Shown here: positions 39,290-52,505 of the stretch, in pieces | How positions within the stretch are numbered: the stretch's first letter is position 1 | Layout: each line of letters starts with the position of its first letter | NCBI GenBank assembly: GCA_051294375.1 | Contig: CM119263.1 | Location: 18,314,628-18,378,627 of the forward strand | Source of the DNA: Paraspadella gotoi | Taxonomy: Eukaryota; Animalia; Chaetognatha | DNA: 64,000 nt | Direction of reading: 5' to 3' | Made by a program: the position numbers and the translations under genes | Notes under the pieces: model-generated | What the model was told of the DNA's origin: nothing | What the model saw: only the letters and a program-made list of their open reading frames with translations | Database searches by the model: none

Positions 39290-40690
39290 AGAGAGCAGAG
39301 AGAGAGAGAGAGAGACGAGAGAGAGAGGATGAGAGAGAGAGAGGAGAGAGAGAAGAGAGAGAGATGAGAGCAGATTATTACTATCTAATATATGTATGTA
39401 TACCTATTTAATAATAGTATTTATATGTAGGCATAAACGTATATAAATCGAAAAAATTTATACAAAAACCGGAAGAAAAAAGAGGATGAGGTTAAAATTT
39501 GGGGTAAGAAAAGAAAAAATTAAAATCATTGATGGATGGGTGAAATGACAGGGTGGCGAGGGATGAGAGGAGACATGACCGCAGGCCGGCGGGCGCGTCG
39601 GCGGCGGCGTCGCGGCGGGCACCGGATCGATTCCCCGCCTAATTTCCATGGTAACGTCCCGGAAAAAAACCGCATAGCGACGGCCAGGCAATTGCAGCCG
39701 ACTCCCGGGTGCGATTGGCAATTCGCTTCCGTCGCAACTGGCAACCCGAAGCGAGAAGAGATCGGCTTCAAAACACCCGAGGCAGCTCCAGCAACTGGTC
39801 TCAAAACCCGGATGTGATTGAAAAACCTGTTGGCGATCCTCGGAATAAAATTCAACGGCGACGACCGTAATTCGAAAACCGTTTAAACTTCTCTCGGTTT
39901 TCGCCGCAGGTCCCGAATTTTGCGCGCGGAATTTAAATTTTAAAAATGGCTGGCGGAAAGATCTCTCTCTTTNNNNNNNNNNNNNNNNNNNNNNNNNGCT
40001 TGGAGAGATGAGAGAGAGAGAGAGGACGAGAGAGAGAAGAGAGAGAGAGAGAGAGGGAGAGACGAGAGAGAGAGAGGAGAGAGAGAGAGAAAAATAATTA
40101 TATCTGTATTTTACCTATTTCATAAATATATGTATGTATACCTATTTAATAAATAGTATTTATATGTAGCGAAAACGTATATAAGATCGAAAAAATTATA
40201 CACAAAACCGAAGAAAAAAGAGACTGATGAGGTTTAAAAAAATTGGGGGTAAGAAAAAGAAAATTAAAATCATGAGTGGGTGAAATGACAGGTGGCGAGG
40301 GATGAGAGGAGACATGACCGGCCGGCGGCAGCGTCCGGCGGCGGCGTCGGCGGCGCCCGGATCGATTCCCCGCCTAATTTCCATGGTAACGTCCCGAAAA
40401 AAAACCGCATAGCGACGGCCAGGCAATTGGCAGCCGACTCCGGGGTGCGATTGGCAATTCGCTTCCGTCGCAACTGGGCAACCGAAGCGAGAAGAGATCG
40501 GCTTCAAAAAACCCCGAGGCAGCTCGCAACTGGTCTCAAAACCCGGATGTGATTGAAAAACCTGTTGCGATCCTCGGAATAAAATTCAACGGCGACGACC
40601 GTAATTCGAAAACCGTTAAAACTTCTCTCGTTTTCGCCGCAGGTCCCGAATTTTGCGCGGCGGAATTTAAATTTTAAAAATGGCGGGAAA
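39290..40690 (+). repeat. ~0.68 kb direct duplication across a 25-N gap
   Basis: 39290-39960 matches 40005-40690 apart from scattered indels; gap at 39973-39997. Confidence 0.93.
40310..40670 (-). CDS. Putative coding exon, unknown protein (duplicated at ~39570-39930)
   Basis: Merging the two copies gives ~100 open codons: GTCGENERSFNGFRITVVAVEFYSEDRNRFFNHIRVLRPVASCLGVFEADLFSLRVASCDGSELPIAPGSRLQLPGRRYAVFFRDVTMEIRRGIDP. Confidence 0.3.
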
Positions 40691-40987
40691 AAAGGAAGAG
40701 GCGACGGAAAGGAATCGAATCGGACGCGGGACAAAGAGACGTAAAAAAGAGAGAACACCTGGGTGTGCGAGAGAAAAAAAAAAAAAGAGAGAGAAGAGAG
40801 AGAGAGAGAGAGACGAGAGAGTGAGAGAGAGAGAGGAGACGAGGACGAGAGAGAAGAGAGAGAGAGAGAGAGAGAAAGACATAAAAAACCCCTGGAGAAT
40901 CCGCGATCTGCGAAGTTTTATGTGCGCAACGGCAGCAGAGAAAGGCCTTTCGGGTCGGATTTCTATATCTCTCTCTCTTCTCTCTCT

Positions 40988-41028
<41 letters not shown>

Positions 41029-42182
41029 TTCTTTCTTTCTTTATCTCTTTTCTCTTTTTCCAAACAGGAGTTTGAATTTGAATTTTCTATCCCCGTGTCC
41101 CGAAAGAGGCTTCAAGGTCGAAGGGACGAGATAAAAAGAAATTAAGAAATTCTATTTTTCCGAATTCCGGCGATAATTAATTTTCTTTTGAGATACGAGA
41201 TAAGAGCTGTCTCATTCCTCTGTTAATTTAGAATAAAAAAGATCCTCATGAAATTCGTACAACCGAAAAAATGTTTTCATTAAATCCATTAATAAGCTAT
41301 CTTGCTTGCATCAGGCTGTGGTGGATAAGGGCCTCCATCAAGCTTTTAAATATTGAACTTAACTTCTTAAAAATTAACTTATACTACTTGACGATCGTAT
41401 CACATTAATCAACTAAATTGTCTACCTTCATCATTAAGCCAAACTCGGGCTCTCCAATTTGTCCTTGACAAAACACTTTCTCTCTCCTCTCGCCGACTTG
41501 GCAAAGAAAACATTTTTTAGTGAATTTAATGATTTTTAAATCATCATCTCGAATCTTTAATCCTTTTTTTCTTTCCGGCGAATTCCCTTTGGCACAATTT
41601 TCATATTTGCTCTCTCAAAGTTTTCGCTCTGTTTTTTTTTGTCCTTGTTTTTTTTTTTGAAAATCCATAACCCACGCAAATCCCACGAAGCAACGGTTAT
41701 GGCTTCATCTCTTCGTCCTCGTTTTTCTGCTCGTTCGTTCACCGCCTAAAGTCAATAAAATGCACGGGCTCCCGTTTCTCGGACTGAGAGTGAATTACAA
41801 TTACAGTTAATTTTCATAAAGAATATTTTCAATTAATTTACATAAAGAATAGTTTCAACGAAAAAGAAATGCAATTAAATTTATATATTTACAGAACTAT
41901 CTTGAATAACGCATCTTAACAAATGTTGATACTTAATTGACTTTTATATTTCAAATTAAAGAAATGTCGGATACTACATATTAGGCTTCAAAATTAAAGA
42001 AGCACGAAATAGAAAGAAATGACTTTTCCTTTGCAAAAAAAATTGACGGCGTTCACTTCCAGGTCTATTTGAATTATGTGACGAATTTGAAATTTGCTTC
42101 AAGTCAAAGTAATCTGTTGAGCAAGAAACGTCGTCTTTTAGTTTTCGTCGTCCATTTTCTCAGAAATTCATCGAGAGTGAGA

Positions 42183-42227
<45 letters not shown>
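42183..42227. repeat. (ACG)n microsatellite
   Basis: About 15 perfect units. Confidence 0.95.
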
Positions 42228-43341
42228 TTGACGGCGACGGCCATTGCTCCAACGCGCCATTTGATATGCTAAATCATCGTCTCTTTCATAGAGAGAGAGA
42301 GAGAAAGAGAGAGAGTGAGAGAGAGAAAGAGAGAGAAGAGAGAGGATATTATCGAGTTCTCTCGTAGCCTCTTTCTCTGTCTCTCTATATTTCTGAAATG
42401 GTTAATGGGGATGTTAAACATTCGGGACGTTTAGACCCACGCAGAGTTTAAGGAACCAAGAAAAGGAGAAACTTGGGAAAGAGGAAGAGAAGGGAGGAGA
42501 GGAGAAAAGAGAGAGAGGGAGGGGGAGAGATGAAATGAGAAAAGAGAGAGGAAGAGTAGAGAGAAAAAAGATCCAGAGTGGGCTATTGGGATTAAATGAA
42601 GAATTTCTAAAATTGTAGAGAGGAAGCTGGAAAAACTAAGTTTACTCCACCAAGTTAGTAAGTAATTTTACTAAAAGATTATCATGTAAAAAATGTCGGA
42701 TCTGCCTACGATAATTAAGCGATAATAAACTATTAACAACTATTAAAAAAGTGTCTAATCTTAGACAATTAGAGGCATTTAAAACAAGTTTTTTCCAATT
42801 TTTTTTTACACATGAAGCATTAAAGTTCAAATGTCATTCAATGTATTTTTAACATACGTGGTCTAAAGTACAATTAATATTTTTAGTTTTAATCTTGAGG
42901 TCCAAAAATATTTTTTTTGTTTAAGGAAAACAAAAAAAAAAATTAAATATATAATGTTTTTCCATTTGTAGTACACATCGTACACGCTGATTTAAAAAGA
43001 AACCTATTATTGTCATTAAGTATTGGCGGAGAACTTTGCTCATAAAAAGTCAAACGTTTCTTTTTATCAAAGGACATGTTTTAAGAAGAGATTTTGTCGG
43101 CTTCCATTACTTGGAGAGCGCCTTTCTTTCTCCCAAAGAAGCAAATGTCTCTCGTAGACTCTTGTCAAGAGGAAAGAATTTCTTTGTGCACTAGACTCTT
43201 TTTTCGTGAAAAGGTTAATGTCTTTGTCCCAACGAAGCGAAAGTCGTCTCTCCCAAAAAGTAAGGGAATTTATTCTCAAGTTAAGTTGTATGTCCGAAGA
43301 GAAGCCAAACGCCTCGAATTGCCAACGAGGCTAATCTCTAT

Positions 43342-44411
43342 CTACCAAAGAAGGCGACTCTTTTTCGAACAAAAACGAGAATATAGTTTTCTTAAAAAGG
43401 CAAAGAGGCGAATCCTTAGTTTTGATAAGGACGTTGGACTCCCCGTGACTTTATTATCGCGCGCGTGGGTCGTTGAACGAAGGAAGGGAGTTGGGGCTTG
43501 GGTTGGCGGAGGTGAAAGTGAAAATGGTTTCGGGAGAAGGCGAGAAAGAGTGACGCTAGGGGAGAGGGAAGGGTTAAGGGGGCGATGGAAACCGCGCGAG
43601 GGATAGAGACTCATCAAGGGGGAATCGGTCGCCTTGACGACGAATCGACTTTGAGCGAGGTGGGCGTGGCTCAACGCGAATTGTGGAATTGGGTGGTGGC
43701 ACGTGGGTGGGGATGCGAGATTGTCCTCTCGTGGGCGAAGGTGGTTCGGAATGGGGGAAAGATGATCTCTCGGTCTCCGAAAGGCGGTTGGAGAGTGGGA
43801 TCGAGTTAATCCATTTACGATCCATTTGAAATCGAAAAATTTGTAATCATCTTCATTTTTGTCATTTTCTTCGTCAACCATCGTCGTCAGTGACTCTTGT
43901 TCCTTGTTACTTTTCGTATATAATTTAATAAAAAAGCCCTAAGAAGGTATGGAAAAAGTATACTAACAAATGGAACACAAATCCAAAAATAAAACGTCAA
44001 GCCGCTCGACCTTTGGCGGAGCAGAAATAAAAATTTTAAAATTGGCAAGATGTTCTCTACATTTGACGACGGAAGACGAAGATAAAACTTTTAAACGAGA
44101 TCTGACGAAAAAGAACTTTTTTTTATTTATTTTGTTACATTGTAAACAAATTCAGTTACGAATTTATCTCACCTTAAAACGAATTCATCCCACTTCTTTT
44201 CTCTGAAGATTCGGACGAGAAATTTGTCGACCTCCGCTGCCACGCCCTCTTCACCTCCGCTGCCACGCCCCTTCACCTATGATCAATGACCTTTTGATCT
44301 TTTGACCCTTCGTGGCTCCGGGCGAGGCCGGACTTAGATCCGCCCTCAAAAACCGCATTGTTTTCATCCGTTGGATTAAAGTGATAAACGATGTTGACCC
44401 CCGATGTTTCT
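43342..44411 (-). CDS. Multi-exon gene fragment, unknown protein
   Basis: Exon 44411-44173 (CACAG acceptor, AG|GTGAGA donor), 71-nt intron, then exon 44101-43968 in matching phase (..EVDKFLVRIFREKKWDEFVLR/SRLKVLSSSSVVKCREHLANFKIFISAPPKVERLDVLFLDLCSI). A ~200-codon Pro/Ser-rich ORF follows (43938-43342). Two frame repairs are required. Confidence 0.5.
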
Positions 44412-45126
44412 CTGTGGGAATTGGAAATATAAAAACCTCTTTTATTGTATGAACTTGGGAAATAAGAAAAAAAATGTTTATTATCAATATAAAAGGTACA
44501 TACGTAGCAGTTGGTAAATGTTATAAAATATAATTGAAATTTGAAATCCGTCTTTATGAATTCTTTGAGAACCGTCCGGGTTTTTTTTTTTCAAAATAAA
44601 TAATTTCGAAGAAAATTGAAAGGAAAGACTTTGCTTTTAAACCGTCTCACTTTAACTCTTTTCGTTTCACATCTAAAAGAGTTTTTGAGATCAGAAAAGG
44701 TTAAGTGGATTTTTTTCGCAAAATCCCTCTTTTTTTTCATAGCGAAAAACGACTGAAAAATATTCACTATGAAATTTTCTTTCATGAATTTTTTTTTAAT
44801 ACTTTTTTAAAGTTTCTGAGAATAATAAAGTTATTTTCTGGAATTCAGGGATGTTTTGTGTGGAGAAAATTTAAAACGTGACATGCTCTTATTGCTCTCT
44901 CTTTCTGTCTTTCTCTCTCTCTCTCTCTCTTTCACTCGTTTTCTCTTTCTCTTCTTTTTTTCTTTTCATTATTTTTTTATCATCAAGATTCCCATATAGC
45001 AGCATAACGAAATTTTTGTCGTTTATTTTATGAGGTTTCATAAGCCATTCCAAAGAAGGCTCATCGGTAAACAGGAAAGCGATATCCGATATCGTTTCAC
45101 TAAGGATATTAGAGCTACATGGAAAA

Positions 45127-45160
<34 letters not shown>

Positions 45161-48100
45161 NNNNNNNNNNNNNNNNNNNNNNNNNNNNNNNNNNNNNNNN
45201 NNNNNNNNNNNNNNNNNNNNNNNNNNNNNNNNNNNNNNNNNNNNNNNNNNNNNNNNNNNNNNNNNNNNNNNNNNNNNNNNNNNNNNNNNNNNNNNNNNNN
45301 NNNNNNNNNNNNNNNNNNNNNNAGAAAGAAAGAAATAAAAGAAAGAAAGAAAGAAAGAAAGAGAAAGAAAAAAAGCTAGAAACCTTTTATGGTTTCGGTA
45401 TTTGCTCTATTTAAAACAGCACGCGTCATCAGGGCTGAAAATGATATCATAAGAAACACAAATAAAGACGACGCAAGAATTCTCTCACGAAGGGCGGAGT
45501 TTTGGACCGAATTGGAAGGGGTTGTCTTGACTGCATTGGTTCTATCTAGGAAGATTAAATACGAATAGGAAAAATATTCTCATTTCAACGATATCTCGAT
45601 ATATTACAAATAAAATTATCACTTTTCGCCAATCTTTCAATTGATTTAAACACGACAACGTTTGGGCACTCCGCACTCAACCAAACGCACAATGGCTATT
45701 CCCACCATGGCANNNNNNNNNNNNNNNNNNNNNNNNNNNNNNNNNNNNNNNNNNNNNNNNNNNNNNNNNNNNNNNNNNNNNNNNNNNNNNNNNNNNNNNN
45801 NNNNNNNNNNNNNNNNNNNNNNNNNNNNNNNNNNNNNNNNNNNNNNNNNNNNNNNNNNNNNNNNNNNNNNNNNNNNNNNNNNNNNNNNNNNNNNNNNNNN
45901 NNNNNNNNNNNNNNNNNNNNNNNNNNNNNNNNNNNNNNNNNNNNNNNNNNNNNNNNNNNNNNNNNNNNNNNNNNNNNNNNNNNNNNNNNNNNNNNNNNNN
46001 NNNNNNNNNNNNNNNNNNNNNNNNNNNNNNNNNNNNNNNNNNNNNNNNNNNNNNNNNNNNNNNNNNNNNNNNNNNNNNNNNNNNNNNNNNNNNNNNNNNN
46101 NNNNNNNNNNNNNNNNNNNNNNNNNNNNNNNNNNNNNNNNNNNNNNNNNNNNNNNNNNNNNNNNNNNNNNNNNNNNNNNNNNNNNNNNNNNNNNNNNNNN
46201 NNNNNNNNNNNNNNNNNNNNNNNNNNNNNNNNNNNNNNNNNNNNNNNNNNNNNNNNNNNNNNNNNNNNNNNNNNNNNNNNNNNNNNNNNNNNNNNNNNNN
46301 NNNNNNNNNNNNNNNNNNNNNNNNNNNNNNNNNNNNNNNNNNNNNNNNNNNNNNNNNNNNNNGAGGAAACAAAAGAGGAGAGACGGAGCGCGAAGGTCGG
46401 AGGGAGAGAAGAGAAAGGAAAATTTATTGAGCGAGAACTCGGTGGTCGCTCGGTCGCTTCGTTAATCCTTAAAATTCAAAGGGCGGGCGAAATGGACGCG
46501 GGGGGGAGGGTTAATTAGAATGTATAGTTGAGGGAGGAGACCACGACAAAAAAAAACGTGGAACAATAATGTAAAAAATATAAAGAGTCTTGATTGAAAG
46601 CCTTCAGAAACCTGCTATGTTATTATCTTGTAAGTGTGATGGAGGCCTTAAACCACCAAAGCCTGTCCAAAGTCAGGGACAAGATAGCTTATTTATTAAA
46701 TGAATGGATAATTTTTATATTGGTTGTACCAATTTCATAAAATAGCAAACTCTTAGTTTATAGGACGATTTATTAATCGAAAAAAAAAGAGGTTTCCACT
46801 TGTTTATGTCTAATATTTATTCTTGAAAAAAAATATAATAAAATCCCAATAAAGTAGAAAAAGATAGCGGTGCGGTCGTGCGGTCGTAAAGGTGAATATA
46901 ATATCGATAAAAAATACTGAGATATACGAGACCCATAACGACTGCCAAAGAGGCGAAGGCATAAAATGGCCAGAAAGCGAAATCCTCCATCAGCGACGAA
47001 ACGCTTTTTCAAAATCCACCCATTTCTCACTTGACGTTTTTAGCTTCGACACGCCACTGGAGTCTGGGATAACCGTATCTCTATCTCTATTTTTCGTTTC
47101 TGTCTTTGCTCTCCCTCTTTCTTTCTCTCTCTCACTCTCTCTCTCATCCTCTCTCTTTTTCTCTCTCTCTCTATCTGTTTCGATTTTTATTTTCCTCTCT
47201 TTGTTCCAGTCACTTAGAAATTGGTTTATGAAATTTATGCCTACGAACTAATGTATCACCGTTTCTTTAGATATAGAGTTTTGATCTCGTTTTACATTGC
47301 ATGTTTATCTTTCCAAGCAGGGTGAATTTTTTTTTCTTCAATCCATCTTTTACAACGCTTGATATATTTATTTCAAACATTTGCTTTCTTATAACTGTCA
47401 AAACGATATTGGATTTTCTACAATCCTCAAGTTTCTCGATCCTTCNNNNNNNNNNNNNNNNNNNNNNNNNNNNNNNNNNNNNNNNNNNNNNNNNNNNNNN
47501 NNNNNNNNNNNNNNNNNNNNNNNNNNNNNNNNNNNNNNNNNNNNNNNNNNNNNNNNNNNNNNNNNNNNNNNNNNNNNNNNNNNNNNNNNNNNNNNNNNNN
47601 NNNNNNNNNNNNNNNNNNNNNNNNNNNNNNNNNNNNNNNNNNNNNNNNNNNNNNAGAGAGAGAGAGAGAGAGAAGGACTGGTGGTCCGTTCCCGGCGTCC
47701 ACCACCTGAGACGTGAACCGAATCCGAAATGACGCCNNNNNNNNNNNNNNNNNNNNNNNNNNNNNNNNNNNNNNNNNNNNNNNNNNNNNNNNNNNNNNNN
47801 NNNNNNNNNNNNNNNNNNNNNNNNNNNNNNNNNNNNNNNNNNNNNNNNNNNNNNNNNNNNNNNNNNNNNNNNNNNNNNNNNNNNNNNNNNNNNNNNNNNN
47901 NNNNNNNNNNNNNNNNNNNNNNNNNNNNNNNNNNNNNNNNNNNNNNNNNNNNNNNNNNNNNNNNNNNNNNNNAGAGAGGTAGAGGTGAAATGAAGGCGAA
48001 ATGGAAAAAGAGCAAGAAAAAAGGATGCGCGAGAGAGTGTCTAAGAAAGAAATATCAGATTGATGATTGCAGAGTAAAGAAGAGTTTGTTTGAAATCTGG

Positions 48101-48447
48101 ATTGGAGAAATAGTATCATGCGTTGATAAAATAATGAATATATTTTGGAGTAAAGGTAAGTTGTAAAATATTTTGAGGAAGATGTGATAATATGGAATGT
48201 TGAGCGAAAAATGTGTGAAAAAAACAGAGCCAGAGAGAGTGAATGAAGAAAAAGAAGAGAAAGAATAGGATTTAATTAAGTTGAAGGTTGCATAATGAGA
48301 CACAAAATGCAAAGTCAAATTAGAGTGTGCAAATCAGTTGCGGAGTGTTGTCCTGCACGCAAGACGTTGCTTAAAGAGTCAGCAAGCAGTGAAGCTTGTT
48401 CTTTTGTTCGAGCTGAAGGATTTTCCCCTGGATAGCGATCGATGGAT

Positions 48448-48670
48448 TTACGGCCGACGAGGTTTTGTCGTTTTTATGTCGCGAATTCCGTCGGAGAAGA
48501 AGAAATATTCGGCGCCGACGTCTATTTTAGGAGGCGGCGTCACCGGCGTCGACGGCGCTTCCCCTTTCGTCACCGGCGCCGCGGTCGACGGCTTCGTCGT
48601 CGTTGTTTTCGTTGTTGTCGTTGTCGTCGTCACTGTTGTCTTTCCAAGAGTCTTTGTCATCGATGTCTTT
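48448..48670 (-). CDS. Putative Thr/Pro-rich exon
   Basis: GC-rich island translating KTTVTTTTTTTKTTTTKPSTAAPVTKGEAPSTPVTPPPK with mixed Thr codons; an alternative Asp/Asn-rich frame is also partly open. Confidence 0.3.
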
Positions 48671-49126
48671 CAGTATAAAAGTAAATATTGAATTAGGCTA
48701 AGAATAACCATTAACGAACCTTCTATTAGAATTTGCTCTTCTCGTTCCATTTCTCTTTTCGTTTTATTATCTCGGTTGAAATCGAGGGGAAACTCGGCTT
48801 CTCTCCTCGCTACTGTTTTCGAAACCATCTGGAGTTTTTCTTAGAAAATTTCATTCACGCTCTTCTCTCTCTTTTAAGGTTTTGGTTCGTTACGTCTTTC
48901 ATTTTTATTTCTCCCTTCTTTTTTCAACTTTATTTCCTTTTCTTCCTTTTTTATGTGAATTTATTTTCATTGACGCGACGTCGCAGGCGGTGCAGAGCGA
49001 AGAGAGAAAAGGGGAGAAAACTTTTCCAAAACCCATTTCATTTATTTGTTGTGATAATTTAATCGAGATCTCTCGAGTTGTTTTTCGTTTTTCTTTTGTT
49101 TGTTCTACCCTAGTTTTCTTTTTATA

Positions 49127-49238
<112 letters not shown>

Positions 49239-50636
49239 ACTTCCCCTATTTCCTTTTTTCTTTCTCATTTCCTTTCCTCCACCCGGATGCGCCGTTGTCC
49301 TCCGATGTTTGCCATCCTTTTCTTCGAATTTCCTGTTGATTCTTTCCGATTCACTGCCAACGCGCTTCTTCCGCTTCTTCCGCTTCTTCCGCTTCTTTCT
49401 CGATTTCCGATTTTTTCTCTCCTGTCGCTTCTTCTTTATTTTCTCTTAATATTATCTATATTATTTCATATTCCTCCTATGTACCAGTTTTGACTTCATT
49501 CCGATCTTCCACTTTCCAGATCTCTTCTCTTTCCCAAATATCGACCTCTTTTTTCCCTTTTAATTCTTCACCATTTTTTCCCTCTGCTTTCCATACCAGA
49601 TTTTCTGTTTTACCTTTAGTTTTAACCCCTATTTCATTTTTTCCAGGTTAGCATTTTTGCTGCTACATTCTTTGCTATCGATTTTGTCCTGGTGTTTTAC
49701 TTTGGATTTTCATTATTTTGCTATCTTTTAGATATTAGTTTCCGTTTTAGTGTATTATTCGTATTTCAAATATATTTCATATTCTAATCATTTTAATCTG
49801 AGCGGTGAACATTCTGTTTCTAAACTTAATGTTACCCGGTTGTTCAGAAATCGAGTAAAAAAAGAGGGTCAACGTTTTTAAGGAAAAGAAAGGCATCAAT
49901 AGTATCATTGTAATAGTATGATTCATAATATTGATTCGACCTTACACGACAACCGACAAAGTGTAAAACTAAAAAAATTTGAAACAGAAAAGTTTAGGAA
50001 ATGCCGTAAAGGATCTTAATTGCGCAAAGGATATTAAACGACGCAAAGGACTGAAATATCGCAAAGGATACAAAATGACGTAAAGGATTTTGAAAAATGG
50101 GCGAAGAGAAGCGAGCGTCAAATCTCACCCTTGAATCGCCCTCTTCTCCTCCCGGGATTGGACCGCGTGACCCGAAAGTCATTCGCCCACGATTGAATGG
50201 AGCCGGAGAGAGAGAGCGGAGGCGGGGATTCGATGGGTCTTTCCCGGGACCGATATCTTTGTCCTCCTTTTCTCTGACTTCCCAGTTGCTCCTTCGAACT
50301 ATGAGCTCTTCATCCAGGCGCCATATCGTGCGAGACACAGAATAACAATCTCCTAAGGAATTTCTAGTCTCTCAGGTTTATTCTTAATTCGTCAATTAAT
50401 GAAGAGTCTCCAAACAATTTATTTTAATTAAATCCTTATTCTTCTTTCGCGCCTATTTTCCATCTTTTCCTTTTTCACCTCGAAGACTCCCAAACCCCCG
50501 CCAAAAGAAGGACCCCGCCGCCACCCACCATGCAACCCCACCGTCCTACGACCGGGCGGGCGTGAAAGGGTAATGAAAGGTCGACGCACAAGTCGTACAA
50601 GAGGAAGGAAAGAGGAGGAAGAACCACTTTTCTGGT

Positions 50637-50723
<87 letters not shown>

Positions 50724-51099
50724 CGGGTGAGAGAGAAAGATTCTAAAGGCTAGAAATATGGGATGATAGAAATGAAAAAGGTCAGAGAGAAGTGTCGGGA
50801 AAAGATTCGACTCAATTGGAAAAAAGGTGCGGGGGGAAGGGGCAAGCCGAAATATGCAAATGAGATTTAAGCTGATGTCCGCGGGGAAGAAGTAGGCGTG
50901 GCATTCCAAGGAAAAAGGAAGACGGAGAAAATTAAAGCCGATGAGACGAAAAAAAATTTGCATATTTTTAATTCATAATGATGTCATCGTTATGGAAATG
51001 ATCATATGACGTTATTTGCGAGATAATTCCGTCCCTTTTTTTTAATATATTTTTTTTCGTTTAAATGAATTTAACTTGGCGTTTTTAAAAAAAATTTCA

Positions 51100-51320
51100 G
51101 CGAACCGGTAGAATGAGTTCGCATCTTCTGCGCTCACCAGCACCTGCAACTTTTCTGCGGCCACGCACCCGACGCCCGTTGACCGTTATCAGCTCCAGCA
51201 TCGCCGCGCAGTTTTTATCGCGTTTCTGCCGCATCAATGAATCGAAGCCTCGTCAGGTTTTTTTAATCGATATTCGTGAATTAAAAGACAAAAAAAAAAC
51301 AACAAACATAGACTCTATCT

Positions 51321-51374
<54 letters not shown>

Positions 51375-51554
51375 TCTCTCTCTCTGTCTCTTCTCCCTTC
51401 TCTCGCCAACGCTCTCCACTATCTCCCCCTATCGGTTCTCATTAATTCACGATCCTCTCCACTAGACCGACAGGACGCGTGACCTTGAAAAAGACCACCA
51501 CCGTTCTCGCCGCAGCTTTATCCCTTCGCGTCATGGGCGATGATAACGTTGACG
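51100..51554 (+). CDS. Two putative small exons (~51100-51256 and ~51465-51554), unknown protein; mirrored at ~62005-62430
   Basis: GC-rich islands bounded by TTTCAG/CTAG acceptors and CAG|GTTTTT, GAC|GTTAGT donors, separated by a (CT)n-containing intron; frame uncertain. Confidence 0.3.
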
Positions 51555-52505
51555 TTAGTTTTTAATCAAAAAACTTAAAGTTTTTGTGACACAATTTCGG
51601 GAATACGTTTTTAAACCCTGTCGAATGAACCTGAATGGAGTGAATCTGGATTGTGAAGAAGGTTTTTGAAGAAAGAGAAATGTGATTATTCCCAATAAGT
51701 CGATTTTTAAAAAAAAAACGAAAGATTTCGATGGCTGAGAAAAAAACAGCGAATCGAAACAGTCGATAACTTTGAGTTTTTGTCGTTTAAGTTCGACAAA
51801 AGACATCGTTCACCCTCATCGACCTCCATTTGGAAAAACCAAGGCTTCCCCGTAGCTGTCGTTTCCTCGTTTTTGTCGTCGTCGTCGTCGTCGTCTTCGT
51901 CGTCGTTCGTCGTCGTCGTCGAAAAAAACCTTAAAACCCTCGCTCCGAATTCCGTCACCCCCAAAAAGGCCTCATGGCTGCCACGGAAGCGCCACCTCAA
52001 CTACATTCCTTCTTTTTGCGCTTTTCAACATTTCATCTCGGCCACACCTTCGCTTTCCCGATATTCCGCCTTAACCCAGTTATCGACGTCGTGGTCGCGT
52101 CTTCGTCGTCGTCGTCGTCGTCTTTCGTCGTCGTCCGCCTCCCTTCGTTTGAACGGGAATCATTTTAAATAATTCATTCGCGACGCAAAGAATAGAATCC
52201 GTCAACTTTCCCCGTGCGCTTCCACCGTCTCCAGACTCTCTTCCCCATCTTGTTCCTCATTAGCTCCCATCTGAAACTCGATTCGAGTTGAACATCTTCC
52301 CGGTTCCATTAAAATCCCCCCCCCCATTTCCATTTACGTAACCCACTCACCCGCACCCTCATTTCCGCCTCAATTCCACCCATCCCCCCTCTTCTACTAT
52401 CCGAGGTTAATTTCCGTTCTTCCTTTTCCCTTCGTAACGCGCGACCGGGAGAATGTATCCGCGGGAGAATTACATCCGGGATTACGGTGAATTCTTTCCA
52501 GTTAC

